Positions 24,436-37,098 of a stretch of DNA of 64,000 nucleotides are shown here, one piece after another. This DNA is from Oikopleura dioica (lineage: Eukaryota > Animalia > Chordata). The stretch lies in NCBI GenBank assembly GCA_907165135.1, contig OU015569.1:1426001-1490000 (forward strand), written 5' to 3'. The notes under the pieces were generated by a model, which was given only the letters and a program-made list of their open reading frames with translations, was not told the DNA's origin and did no database searches. The position numbers were made by a program, and so were the translations under genes. Positions within the stretch are counted from its first letter, which is position 1. Every line of letters begins with the position of its first letter.

Positions 24436-26425
24436 GCCTGTGATAGCTTGAAAAACATGTATTGACTAGAATACTTCCTGGCAAAGCCCGGAAAAAGTCC
24501 GGAATGCGCGCGCACGAAAAAATACAAGAAAAATGTTCGAAAAAAAAGAAAGGTTGAAGATTTTGCATATTTTGGAGTGTTTCGAGCAAACACTCTCAGT
24601 GTCGCGTGTGTCTGAATAAATGACCTGGTCATCGCGTTCAGCGTGTGCCTAGATTTGGGTCAGCAAGCGCTTCTGTACATAATGGGATACAATTGCGATC
24701 ACCTGCCGCGCCAAAAATGTTGATACTGATACGTGTGGGCTCGGCGGGAAACTACTAATCAGATTTTCAGCCCCAGGCGTGCCCAGAGCAAATATACCCA
24801 ATTGGGCACGCACTAAACAAAATCCCTTATACAAATCAGCTCAGCGGGACTCGGCCTGGCCTCCTTTGCAATTTTGATTTCGAGGATTAGCCACATTTGA
24901 TTTTCGTTGTTCCAAATTTAGCCCGGTACTAGCACTATCTACAGCCCGGTTTATGATTTTTCATGGCCGGAAGAGCTGATCAGCGGTGGTCAAATCATAG
25001 CTAATCGGTGGACCTTGGCCTGGGATTATCCCACAGTAAAAGCTATAAATATTTTCGCGCTAGTTTTTATTTTGACGGAGGCGCGCACCATCGATCAGAT
25101 TTAATATTTTAAGTGGGCGGCTATGCATTCTAATCTATCACCATTTTTATGTTGCTCTTTCTTTTCTTTTTTTCAATCAGGCAGCTGAGCGAGAGTTTTG
25201 TGTGCTCGCTCTTTGATGAGCGCAGGAAAATATTCTGGGCTCAAGGCCAAGGCGCCTCTAGAACCAAAAGAATTCACTCTCAGCCTTGATCTTTGCGAGC
25301 CACCCTTTCATGATTAACGGGTGCTGAGCGATTTGAACTCGCTCCTGCCCAGCCCAGATTTTGATTTTTTGAAAATCCACCCATCAAAAATGCTTCAAAT
25401 CAAAAACGCTCCATATTCGAGAGTCTCCTTCTTATCGAGCTGAATATTTTGATTCCCGGTTGATATTGAGCCAGCCGATCTTGGAAGGAATCAAGGCCGG
25501 AAAATCGGCCAGCAATGTTTATGTTTATAAAACAATATTGATAAGCGTGTTTTTTGGGTTGAAATTTCCATGTTTTAGGGCAAGAACAAGTATGCCAAAA
25601 GTATTGTTCGTATTCCAACGAAATTTGCCACGATTAGGAATGTCCACAATTCAATCGCTGGCGACTTCGAATCCAAATCTTCGTATTTTTGAGAGTTTGA
25701 AAATGAACTCAAGGGTTTGAACTTGTTTCTGCCAAAAAACAGTCAAAATCGCAACCTTTCAGAATTTTTCAAAGCTCTATTTCATTAAATTAACATCAAT
25801 AAGTTAGAAGCGATCCATTTTTTATCAATACTTTATTAAAAATAACGAATTCAAACTTGATTTTAGCACCTTCATGGATGGTCTTATTACGCGGCTTATC
25901 AGTAACAGGTTGATTTGAAGTGTTTTCTTTATAAATTGTTTTCATTTGCGCGGCGATAAAATTATTCGCGCCCGCCCGAAAGGTTTATTTACTGATTCGA
26001 ACATTCAGTTATATTTAGCTAGTTTTATATAAGAGCGGAGCTAAATATATATCATCCCTTTTTTCCATTGCAGATTTGATTAGCGAATGAGCTATGTTGT
26101 TGTTGTTGCAAGTTAACCCCCCTGCTGAGTTAAGCGTTTATATAACCGGTGGCGCGCGAGTGCACGTATATGGCTTTTCTGAGTTTGTATTCGCCCGTTG
26201 AGAGCCTTAGCTCGTCCAGGCGGAGCGCTGATTAAAGCACGCGCGCCCCCGCGCTCTACTGCCACCGCCAAATGTGACGAGCCACCGCGGTCGAATACAA
26301 ATCTCCAAGTCCACCGGATACCTTTACACAAAACACAGCACCAAAAAAATAAGTGCAAAAAGAAAATTCTTCCAACAGTTTTTTGAAAGAAGCAACTTTT
26401 GCGAAAAGAAAAAAAAAGAGCCGCC

Positions 26426-29400
26426 ATGACTCTAGCAATGGAGCAGGCCACAGTACAAACAGCCGCTACAGTTAACACACACAATACAGAGATTGCTGAC
26501 AGTATAACCTGCGGAGTCTGCGACGAGAAATTCTACCACGTGAGCAACTTCCTCAAACACAAATCCTCTTGCCAGGGAGAATCAGAAAAGCCAGAATCAG
26601 GTAAGTCAAGGAAGAGAGATTTCCCAGTAGAATAGAAATTAAGCCCCACTACAACAGTCTTATACAGTCACATTTGTATAATTTTAATCAGACAAATTTG
26701 TATCGTCCAAATTAAAAGCACAGGGAAACGTATTTCTATTTTGAATAAAAATATTTTTTTAAAACACTTCCCAACTCAATTATTTAAAAAATAACAACAG
26801 CCTTTTCCCATCAAAAATTTTTCTAAAAGGAGGATTTTCAGAGTCGCCAACAAAATCGGAGTCTTCGAGCTCGAGTTCCGAATCTCCCGGCGCCTATCTC
26901 TGCCAAGCGTGCCCGAACCTCGTCTACCCTTCCTCAGATCTGCTTCGTCTGCATCTTCTCGGTAAGTACAGTAAGAGTCCAGCAAGCGCCAGTCGATACA
27001 GTCAGTCCAGAGCGATGTAGAATCGATCTACATCGTCTAATGAGATTAATTGGTAGTTTTGACAACATGAATTGAATATTCAAATCGACTCAGGCTGCAC
27101 AAAAATATACCAAGGGTATCTTTGAATATAATTTTAATTTAAAATGGAATTAAGACTCTCACCGAGTGTATCTGCCAGCGGGCGTCGACCTTTCATCAAT
27201 GTTGCAAGAAACGAAAGCGTTTCAGGTTCATCCCGACACGGCTAAGAAAATCGCCACCCTCTGCCAGAGGTAAGTCCAGATAAGGGGCTTCAGTCTACTA
27301 GACAAACGGAAAGAAAAATGCATAAAATTCGGACTCATAAAACGTTGGAAACTTTTGCTTGCTGCCCAAGAGAGCATATCATTTATCAGCATAGAAACTA
27401 ACTACATAGCGTTGGGTATACCCTTAATTATAACGGAAGGCAAGATTCGATTTGCGTATGTGTCATGTATATCTTGCCAAGGAAAATTGAATTCATTAAC
27501 CCGCAGTGTATTTTCGAAACATTTTGGGCGCCGCTGTTTGCTTTTCGAAAACAATTTCAAAACAGCGCTTATTTTACATTTTTCCATATACAGAGAAATG
27601 GTACGAGCAAAAAAGCGCGAGTAGTTTTTTTCTTATTTCGCGAGAGGGCGATTATGCAAACTGGATTTCCCACTCGCGAATATCGCAGCACAACTTGATA
27701 AATTATTTCCACATTCAGTTTCGACTGGATGATGCATTAAGGAGCCCCCTAACGATCACTTTCAAAGGAGGAAATGTAATTATCTGAATAGGTTCACATC
27801 GTCAATTTTCTTATTTCATTTTTTTTTTCTTTTCGTCAAAAATTATGGTGGGGGTGCTCCTTAGCGTATTTTGGTACAAGGCTTCGTTTATTTTTCATTT
27901 CGCAAATGCAAATTCGAAATCGAAAGAGAAAAAGTAATTATTAATGTCTTTTGGCCGCATAAGTAAATTACACTTCTGCGGACATATTTTGCGGTCGCCT
28001 TTTATTGTATGCTAATATACAATATAAATACTCAGATCGCCAAAACTATTTTCTGTGGTCTCGCAGAATTTACGCGCCAAGCAGCAATAACACGCCATGC
28101 AAAACACTATATCTAAGAAATATAATTATTATCTTTGTTTCGCGACTTCCTAATCACTCTGTGCGCGAGTGTTTTCCTACCGGGGGAAATATATTTCCGA
28201 TTTCTCAAATAACAGAAATCTAAAATAAACGTTTAGCTCCAAGAAAAACACCTTTGACGAGACTGGCTCAGATGGCAACTCCGAAATCTCCGAAAGCCCC
28301 GACTCCGGCAACGACTCAGAACACAAGAAGGTAAGCCCGTGTTACTTTGAGCGATTTATACCCACAGTAACTCTCTTACCCGGTCCAAGTACTACACAAG
28401 CAACATTGATTCCGCGGTTTTAGTTTTCTTGGTTGCGGTCTGCGGTCGCTACAACCAGGGCGGGGTCGCTTAAAAAAAGACACCAATCAAAAAAAGCTGT
28501 TATTTGTTACTTTTGTTAATGTTTACTTAATTCTGTATTCAGGACCTCTCTGGCCAAGACCTGTCAGTCTCTCCTGGCGGGGGCAAGTCGTCTACCGAAG
28601 GCACTGATAGCGGCAACCACGAGCTCCGATCACCAGAAGTCTCAGCCGATGTGATCAAGCCCTCGCTTCCCAACATGCCTCAGATCCCCAGCCAGTTGAC
28701 GCGAAACTTCCTCGAGAACTTGGTCGCCAGCCGTCTTCGGGCCAATCTGGAGCAGCAGCAGAAAATCAACAACGAGAACAACAAACCTAGCGGACTTCCA
28801 CTGCCGAACCCCTTCGCTCAGGCGACGAATCCGCTCAATGGCGCTCCTCTGGTGCCCTTCCGCCTTCCATTCGCCGGTCTTCCACAAGCTGCTTCGGCTG
28901 CCGCGCTCAACTTCAACGCCTCGCCATTCAACCAACAGGCACAAGCTCAGCCTCAGCAGCCACTAAGTGTGATCGGACAGACCCGCCCTGCTGATTCCAA
29001 CACTCTCTACCAGCCCGCCGTCAAGAGACGACGACGCGGATACGGATCTGAGGTAAGACCAGCGCACCCTTAACTTGTAGGACATCCGGTATTCGATATT
29101 ATAGACTTTGGGTTGTAAACATGAAAGAATGATTTGACATTTTTGCGACTATTCACCATAAAGTCATTCATTTAAGACTTATCTATCTCTATAGCAGCGA
29201 CTTTTATTAACTTCATCATCGAAATTGAACTGATGTCATAAACGATTATCTAACTAAACATTCAGGTCGGTACTGAAAATTTGCGAATCGAACGAGACGG
29301 CGATGGATACATGTGCCCACTCTGCAACTACAAGTCTCGAGTCCGATCCAACCTTACCATTCATCTTCGAACTCACACTGGTTACAAGCCATACAAGGTA

Positions 29401-30168
29401 AGATCTCCTAAACTTTTCCATTTGATGTGCGAATTCTCTAAAAGAAAATAATCTTTTGAAAAGTTTTAAAACCTCAACCTAATTATTCAATTCTAGTGCC
29501 CATATTGCCCATACTCGTCCTCCCAGTCTGGCCCGCTGAAGATCCACATCCGTGGACACACCGGCGAGAAGCCCTACCGATGCGAATACTGCTCCTACGC
29601 TTCAACCTGCAGAGGAAACCTCAAGGTCCATCAAGAACGACACCACAAGGAAGAGATTCTCAAGCACGGCGTCAACGCTGGTATCCGCGGGCCCGGTCAA
29701 GAAAACACTTCGCCCAAGATGATTCCCGATGGACCTCTTGCCGTTAACACTTCTGTCTCAGCTGGCGAAGAAACCAAGACGAGCGCACCAGCTAGCCCCG
29801 AGATGACCAACCAGAGCAAACCGTCCGCTCCTACCTCACTTCCAAACTTCATGCCGACTTCCATCCCAAGCTCCACTCCGATGATGCCGAACCCTCTGTC
29901 GCAGTTCGCCGGTTTCCCACCTGCCAGCTCTGCCGCATCCTTCATGTCCCCATTCAATCCCTCTGGCCTTCTCAACATCTTGAGCCAACAACGAGCTGCC
30001 GGAGGACACCACTTCCCACTCAACCTTCCCACCCCACCAGCCGCTGGCGAGAGCGAAGGGGCCCAAGTATCTGAAATCGAAGAAGACGTTCCCGTCGAGG
30101 AGGAAATGCCCGTCAACGTCGAGCCCACCGCCGCCCCCGTCGCCGCCGACGTCAAAGTGGAGCTCTAG
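26426..30168 (+). CDS. Zinc-finger transcription factor: N-terminal C2HC finger, Q/P-rich middle, three C2H2 fingers (SALL/BCL11/ZFP64-like)
   Basis: GCCGCCATG at 26426; CGVCDEKFYHVSNFLKHKSSC; about 7 GT-AG exons. Spliced fingers: CPLCNYKSRVRSNLTIHLRTH-TGYKPYK-CPYCPYSSSQSGPLKIHIRGH-TGEKPYR-CEYCSYASTCRGNLKVHQERH. Stop at 30168. Confidence 0.85.
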
Positions 30169-30600
30169 TCTGACAAGCCATGTTCTCCAAAAAATCACCA
30201 ACAGCTCTGATATTCGAAAAGAAATAACTCTGCACTGAAATACTTTCCTTCCTACAACGTCGTTCTAGATATTTATTTCTATCCTTTTGGTATGCCCTCT
30301 TCCTTATGAGTATTCAATTCCGAGTATGACCCTACTACTATTACGCTCTGAACACTTTGCCACAATGCCTACAGGATCGCCCTGTACAGCTTATTTTTGT
30401 ATATACTGTGTCGTTAAATAAACAAAAAATATTTTAAAGCCTTGCTTTGTTTTTTTATAAAGCTCACGTTTTTATATTATTGGCATTATGAATATTCCTC
30501 TTGTAAATAAAGATAACGCTCGTGTCTAAAAGCTGATAAGAGAAAGAGCAATATATAACATTTTGCATCTTCGCTACCTCATCACACAAATTGAAAAAAA

Positions 30601-30849
30601 ATGATTTTGATTGATGCAAAAAGCAGAGAAATAGAATTGTACTCGAGAGAGGAACACATGATTGAACTGTCCATCATTCTCATAATTGCGTTTTTCGTGA
30701 TGCTCTGGGTGACTATTTTGCTCGTCTGGGTCTTTGTCAACTATAAGCCTTTCAAAACAGAATCTGTACAAAATGAAGACCGTCCGAATGGGCGAAAGAA
30801 ATCAACCTTCTCGGAATCAATCACTGGATCAAGAGAGAATATCATCTAA
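30601..30849 (+). CDS. Possible small single-pass membrane protein
   Basis: 82-aa ORF with one strong hydrophobic run (LSIILIIAFFVMLWVTILLVWVFV) and AATAAA about 25 nt after the stop; no family recognised. Confidence 0.4.
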   Translation: MILIDAKSREIELYSREEHMIELSIILIIAFFVMLWVTILLVWVFVNYKPFKTESVQNEDRPNGRKKSTFSESITGSRENII

Positions 30850-31459
30850 CAAGCGTTTCACTAAAAATTGTTAATAAAACTGATTGTTGGTTATATTTGG
30901 TTGTCATCCTTGATTTCAAAATGGAATAAGTTTTCAAAAATACCAATGCGACCTATCTTTCTTTACTTTCTATGTGTATTTTTGTCTATGTCTCGTCTGC
31001 CCTAGTCGTCTTGGATTGCTTTTTTTAAGTTTTTCCTGCATAAAATGAGCGAAATAGACTTCTTCGTTTAAAAAAGTCTACGGAAATGATCAATTATTAT
31101 AACATATATTATGTCAGAAGAGGATCTATTCAATAGATACGAAGGTGAGTAGCAGTTTAAATTCCTACTAAAACAAAAAGGGCTGAATGAATCAGTACGA
31201 ACGGCGAAAAGGAGTAGTTTGAGGGCGCATAGAACTAGTAAGGAGTAAATGAAAAGTGACGCTACTGTCCGTCCCTACAACGTAAAAGACAAGGAGTGAA
31301 AGCAAACAGAAGGAGGAAAATAAGCGTAAACAGGTATTAAAGAAATTGTTATCGTTGGTATCGTGTTTGTTTTAAATAAATAGATAAGAGTTTGTTTGAT
31401 GATAGAGAGAAGGAGAAAGCACAATAAAGCTCTGGTAAGTAGTTAAAAGACATGAGTTA

Positions 31460-31551
31460 CAGTGGATTGAGGGGTTTCACTCCCCAATTCTTGATCATCA
31501 AATTCATATTTTCCCGAAAACCTGGGGGCAGAAAAACCCCTCAATCTACTG
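31460..31551. mobile_element. Tc1/mariner-like MITE (92 bp)
   Basis: TA|CAGTGGATTGAGGGGTTT...AAACCCCTCAATCTACTG|TA. Confidence 0.8.
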
Positions 31552-31912
31552 TAATACTTGAACGAAATGGGACTAATTCTGGCAGTTCCTAGAGTGGCTG
31601 CCAGCTAACTGTTTTTTTTCAATTTTGATTTTAAATATCGGAAGAGCACGTGACACATAAATACGACGTACATTTACGCAGCGTACGAGAACTTTCTTGT
31701 CACATGCGGGGACGCCAAGGATTTTCTTTTCTGCAAGTCTGACGTCAAGAAACCATTCTCACTCCTTCCGGAGGCTGTTGCTGAATATTTTTGTCAATTT
31801 TTCAAGTTTTCAAAGACGCGTTTTTGGATTTTTATTTATTCTATTTTTATGAATTCAAAGCAGTTAACGAACTGGACAGTATAATTTATTGAGCAAGTAT
31901 GTTCAGAGTATT

Positions 31913-33744
31913 CTAGTGCGAGGCAGAAACGATGCTCACCTCAGTGACGTTCTCGCGCTCGTCGTCAAACATTTGCGCGACGACTTTGACCAGCGCGCCG
32001 GGAGTGTACTCCCATTGTTTTTCCTCTTTTGGCACCGCCAAGTTCAGTTCGTCCATTTTACCACTCAAGAAGTCCAGGTCCGGGTCCAGTTCGTCGTCAG
32101 AAGCGTCAGAGTCAGTGTCGAAGTCGATCGTCGGATACGCGTCCTCGTCAACCATGCAAAAGTCAAGATCATCCTCAGAGAAGCATTTCAGCATTCGGGA
32201 TTTAACTGATTTCAGGTTGAAAATAATGAAAACAATATTTTACTCACATGATGTTGGGGTGTAGTCGAATTCGTCAGTGATGGAAATAATGTTGTCCTTA
32301 GCCTTGTTGTTCTTGTTGTTTTCGCTGCTCGACCAAGTTCCCTTGAAGATAGTCATGCAGAGCAGAACGACCATTACTGCCGCAGAGGTCTGCGTAGTCG
32401 CCGATTTGGCGTTCTTGCCTTGGAACTGCTGGTTCACCACGTTTCGCAATTCGCGGACCTAGGAATCAGTCATTTAATTTCAAGCAAAATAAGCGTACCT
32501 GGCTCATCAAGGACTTGTTCTGCGCTCGTTCCTTTTCGAGTTCTCGCTCCAATCGCGACGATTTGCTTTCATAGTGCTTTGCCTTCTCCTCCAAATCGGT
32601 CATGTGTTCCTTTTTCCGGCGGCGGCTTTCTTGCGCCGACTTCTTGTTCTTAATTTTTCGCTTTGCTTTCTTGATGTTTTTCTCGTTCGCCTCCCAGTTG
32701 TTCTGTTCGAGGACTGCGTTGATTTCTGCCTGAGACATTTCGCCGTCGATGGTGAAATCCTCCTCTTGGATTTGAACACTTTCGGGTGCCTTTTCAATCT
32801 TGACGATTTTTGGCGAGTCGCATTTTTCGATTCTTGCCTTTTTCTTTGGCGTTGGTTTCTACAAGGATATGTTACAAATGCGACAAATAGTATGATCAAT
32901 TTCTTAATTTATTCTTTACCACAAAGGATTGACATTAAAAGGTTAGATAACATTTGAAACAGATGAAAATGTAGGTTCATTTTATAGTATTAATCATTGG
33001 AGACCTCCTCATGGGCATTACTCATTTTCATAACGCTTACCCTTACTATAGAATCATTTCATTATTTTTATAATCAATCTAAATTTTGCGGGGCTTATAT
33101 TCGCAAAACAGTCCAAAAGAGGGCGCAGGATGATCGACACCCTCAGTGGGAGAGAATTCTTATTTGGTTCGATCCTACCGATAATCATCTTCACAGAAAT
33201 TTATGTTTAGTTTGTAGGGTTTTAATTAATAATGTTATTCGTCTTATGATTGATACATAAATAGATAAACTGTACCTTTTCGCGAATCGAGATGCGTCTT
33301 TTTTCACAATTTCTCGTTTCAACTTCGCTCGCCGTCTTGATCACAATTTGCGTTGGTGTTGGTTTGTACTCAACAAGTGCATCGGATGTTTGACATGCCA
33401 GCTCGTTGTAGGTGATACTTGGCTGGGGCGAGTTTGTCGAAATCGTAGAGGTGGCCGACGATGGCGAGGATTGCGGAGAGCAGCCATGGCCTGAGTCGAT
33501 TTCGTACTGAGATTAATTTGAAACGAGGTAAAGGTAATTGGTCTTACTTTGATAGACGATAGTGAGCTCGCCTGGTCAAAAACTGCTGGGTCGAAATCGT
33601 TGATTATTGAATCCTAATCGGCTTGATTTAAAAAAAAAAACAAGGAATTTTTAAACTTACGAAATCGATATCGGTCTGAAACGGCGGAAGGAAGTCATCT
33701 TCGTAACAGTTGCCAATCACTGGATCGGCCGAGCCCTCGTCCAT
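31913..33744 (-). CDS. CREB3/OASIS-family membrane-bound bZIP transcription factor
   Basis: Basic region IKKAKRKIKNKKSAQESRRRKKEH plus zipper; TM preceded by TQT (TQTSAAVMVVLLCMTIF); luminal KSRMLK resembling a site-1 protease site; acidic N-terminus from ATG 33744; six GT-AG exons. The paralogue is not assignable. Confidence 0.85.
33071..33190. repeat. Conserved intronic non-coding element, copy 1 (CREB3-like intron 32859-33275)
   Basis: Shares four exact blocks of 10-17 nt, in the same order and with similar spacing, with 36681-36805. Confidence 0.75.
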
Positions 33745-34148
33745 GTGGCGCTTGTGTCGTTTCTCTGTTCTGTTGGAAAGAATAAAAACGCGCTAGTTCC
33801 CGCAGTGGGTGGTGGTGGGTTTGTTTCGGGCACACAAAACCGGGCGAGGTACCGAGAGCCAATCCCCCGAAACGTCTAAATATCAAACGGACAAAACAAG
33901 CACTAAGTCGCAACTAGGCGGAATTAATCACACCATGGATTGAAGAATGAAATTTTGTGAGTTTGAAGCACAGGCTCAATTATTACAGAAAAAGAAGGAA
34001 AGAAAAAATGGGAAACTCTTCGATTTACACCAGAAATCATAGAAAAGGGCAGAATCATTCAATCGGAAATTTCGCAGGCCATAAATTAATTAACGTTTGT
34101 GCAGAGATTCTCTTTGTTGATATCAACAAAATGACAGTGGAAAATTAT

Positions 34149-36976
34149 TTAAGCTAATGCTTCGAATGCAATAGCAATCATGACGCTACCCGCATCGGGT
34201 ACTTTTGCAGAGTCTCTTTCTTTGCAATAGGAGGCTCTTCCGGCCCTAGCTACCATATCCTTTGTCGCCTCTGCTCCTGCCCTCGCTGCTTTTGCCGCTT
34301 TATTCAGATCGGCAGAAGACTGCAGCTCTCGAAGAGCAGGACAAAGAGCATCGAGCATGGTTCGGTCCTGTTCAGCCGCTCGACCGATTTGCATTATTTG
34401 TGTACATCCGGACGAAAGGGCAGCGATTACAACTGGCGCCGTAAATTGCTCTTCCGAAATCTTTATCGTAGTAGCGAACGCGGTGAACAGCAAACTGAGA
34501 AGGCTTCCGGACGAACCGCCCATATCGTTTTCAAGCGCAGAGGCGATTCTGTAGAAAAACGCGGAAGGATCACAATCAAGCCCATCAATTGCTTTTAATA
34601 CAGCTTCGGCACCAAGAGCAACGGTCGATCCACAATCGCCATCGCCCGCAGCAGCGTCCAACTCGTTCAGAAGGTCTTTGGAAGCAATCAACGAGGCACA
34701 AACTTTCTGGACAATCGCGCGAACTCCAGAAACACCCCAGTTGACAGTCTTTGGGCAGTCAAAAGTTTCTTTTGTTTCTTGAGTGTCTATCTCTCCACCA
34801 GGAGTTGTCAGGGCTGGCCAAGCTGGGAAGGAACAAGGGGCGGTGATAAATTCACGGATCTCGGTGTTCATTTTTAAGAGACTGAAATTAGCGCCCGCCA
34901 TGTCCAACGATGTCATTATGTGACCAGAGCCCACAAGGGAAACTAAAGGAGAGCTTTAGCTACAGAAAAAAATAGAATTTAAAAGAACTCTTTATTTCTT
35001 CAAAAGAACTACATCGAATACATTATTAAAAATTACGACAAATAGACAAGCTAAATTAATCAATCGATTTTATTACCTTTTGCGTTCTGCGCTTCAATTT
35101 CTTCGACAATAGCCGTGATCAAATTCAGCTGCTCGATCTCTGTAAGTCCGCCGAGATTGTTGATCAAAAGAAGCAAATCGTCGCTGGGCGAAAGCTTGAT
35201 TCTCCGTTGAACAGGCTTCAAAAGTTCTTGGACGAGAGCACGCGTAGAAGTGATTTTGTATTTCCTGATTCCCGGCTCGCCATGGACGCCAAGCCCGAGT
35301 TCTACCTCTCCCGGATTCAACTGAAAAAAGAAAATAACGCGCTAGCTTGGAGTAGTGTTCAAGTGCGCACTAGTACAGACTCCGTGCCACCCGAAATGGA
35401 TTAATATTAATTCACTACTGCTATATGGAAGCTTGAGGCATTATCTACCTATTCAGCTACAAATTGGGATCTTTCCAAACAGGACTTATACACAATCAAC
35501 TTATAAATCTAGCTAGTCATCCGGGAGTAACAGCTAATTTTAAAAGAAGCTAATTTTTGAACTTTATTTTTAACTTACATTAATCCCCGACTCGCCACTA
35601 GGAAGCGAACATCCCGTGGCAGCAAAGCCAATCGTTCCCAGCCTGCTCTCTTCAGTCACTTCCTCGAAAAGCTTGCCCATGTATTCGAGATCTTTGCCTG
35701 CCTCAGCTGCAGCACCGAGAGTTTTTATCGCGGCGATACCGCCGAGCAGTCCTCTTCTTCCCACAGCCTATTTAATCAAGCATGAAAATTGTGAGAATAG
35801 CGTTTAATTAGCTACCTTGTCTTCTGACTCGAGCGCGCAATCGTCAGCGACGAAGTGAATAGAAACTCGAATACCCTCGGCTCTTGCTCGTTCCGCAGCG
35901 AGGCCAAAGTTAATTCTGTCCCCAGTGTAGTTGAATACTACGAGCATGACACCTCCAGGACCGGCTACTTTGCGCAAAGCAGCGAGAACAGCTCCTGCGG
36001 GAGGCGAGGCGAAAACAGAACCGGCTACAGCTGCGGTCAAACCACCTTTACGAGGATTTACGGATTAGTTGAGACGATATCGTTTTATGGGGAATTCTAT
36101 GGACCATAGACTATGGTCTTTCTAAAAGACCATCATCGATGTTTTGTACTCGTTCATAAATATCCTTTCCTTGACCGACAAGACCAGCAGCAAAGGGCTC
36201 ATGTCCCGATCCTCCACCAGAAACAATAGCAACCTTCCCCTCCTCTGCATTCCAGTCTCTGCGATAGACGACTCGCTAAAAAAGTCATTTGAACTTTTTG
36301 AAAATTTTGCAACTGCCGGAGCTTGCTACAAGCTTTTTACGAGCTTGAAATCATTATTGTTGCGATTGATCGCCCTTCCCCAAGGGGGAATTGTTTAATC
36401 ACAGCTTTTTTGCCTTGTTTTATATATTTATCGGGGACCAAAACAAACCTCTTTGCACCGCTTCGGGAAGCGATGACCTTTAAGATTGGCTATATAAATG
36501 GAGATATGTCTGGTAGGCGAATAACAAGTTACAATATCATTTATTTTTGAATACAAGGTTCAGTAGTACAAGATACAAAGAAAAAGTGAAGAAAATGTTT
36601 CATTTTACAGATTTCATTATGAACAATTTTCAACCCAGTATTAGAAACACTGTAAGCTATAGTTTCATTTTAAGTTATTGATGCTATCATCTAAACTTTG
36701 ACCATCTTTATTCATACAACTGTCCAAAAGAGGGCGCAAGATGAGAAAGATTCCTAGTGGGAGAGCATCATCATTTGGTTCGTTTTTAGTCACTGATAAT
36801 CATCTACTGTGGCGTCCGCTAGTACCCATTTTAGAACTCGTTCCCAAAAGAAAAAAAGACTTTACCCAACTCACCTCATGCAGCAAAAGGCCGAGCTTAT
36901 CTGTGGTTCGGACAAGGCCCGTCAAAGCGCATCTAACTGGGTCGTCATCCGTTATCAAATGACCACTGCGCGACAT
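34149..36976 (-). CDS. TKFC: Triokinase/FMN cyclase (dihydroxyacetone kinase, DhaK-DhaL fusion)
   Basis: Spliced [11 protein letters not shown]...|[27 protein letters not shown]...[10 protein letters not shown]...GRRGLLG...[11 protein letters not shown]...GDGDCG...DRTMLDAL...GRASY. Confidence 0.92.
36681..36805. repeat. Conserved intronic non-coding element, copy 2 (TKFC intron 1, 36276-36874)
   Basis: See copy 1; same orientation relative to the host transcript. Confidence 0.75.
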
Positions 36977-37098
36977 ATCTAAAGGAAATCTTGTTTTTCG
37001 AATGAAAAAAATAAGGGTTGATTTGTTTTTTTTACGGAACAAAGAAAAAGAATGGTTGTTTATTTATAGAAGGTAAGTCAAAATATAATCGCTGGTGT

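Noticed and set aside
33141-33176. tRNA gene or C/D snoRNA
   Set aside because: A/B-box-like motifs are present but there is no anticodon arm or acceptor stem. The ATGATGA box occurs in only one copy and has no matching terminal CTGA.
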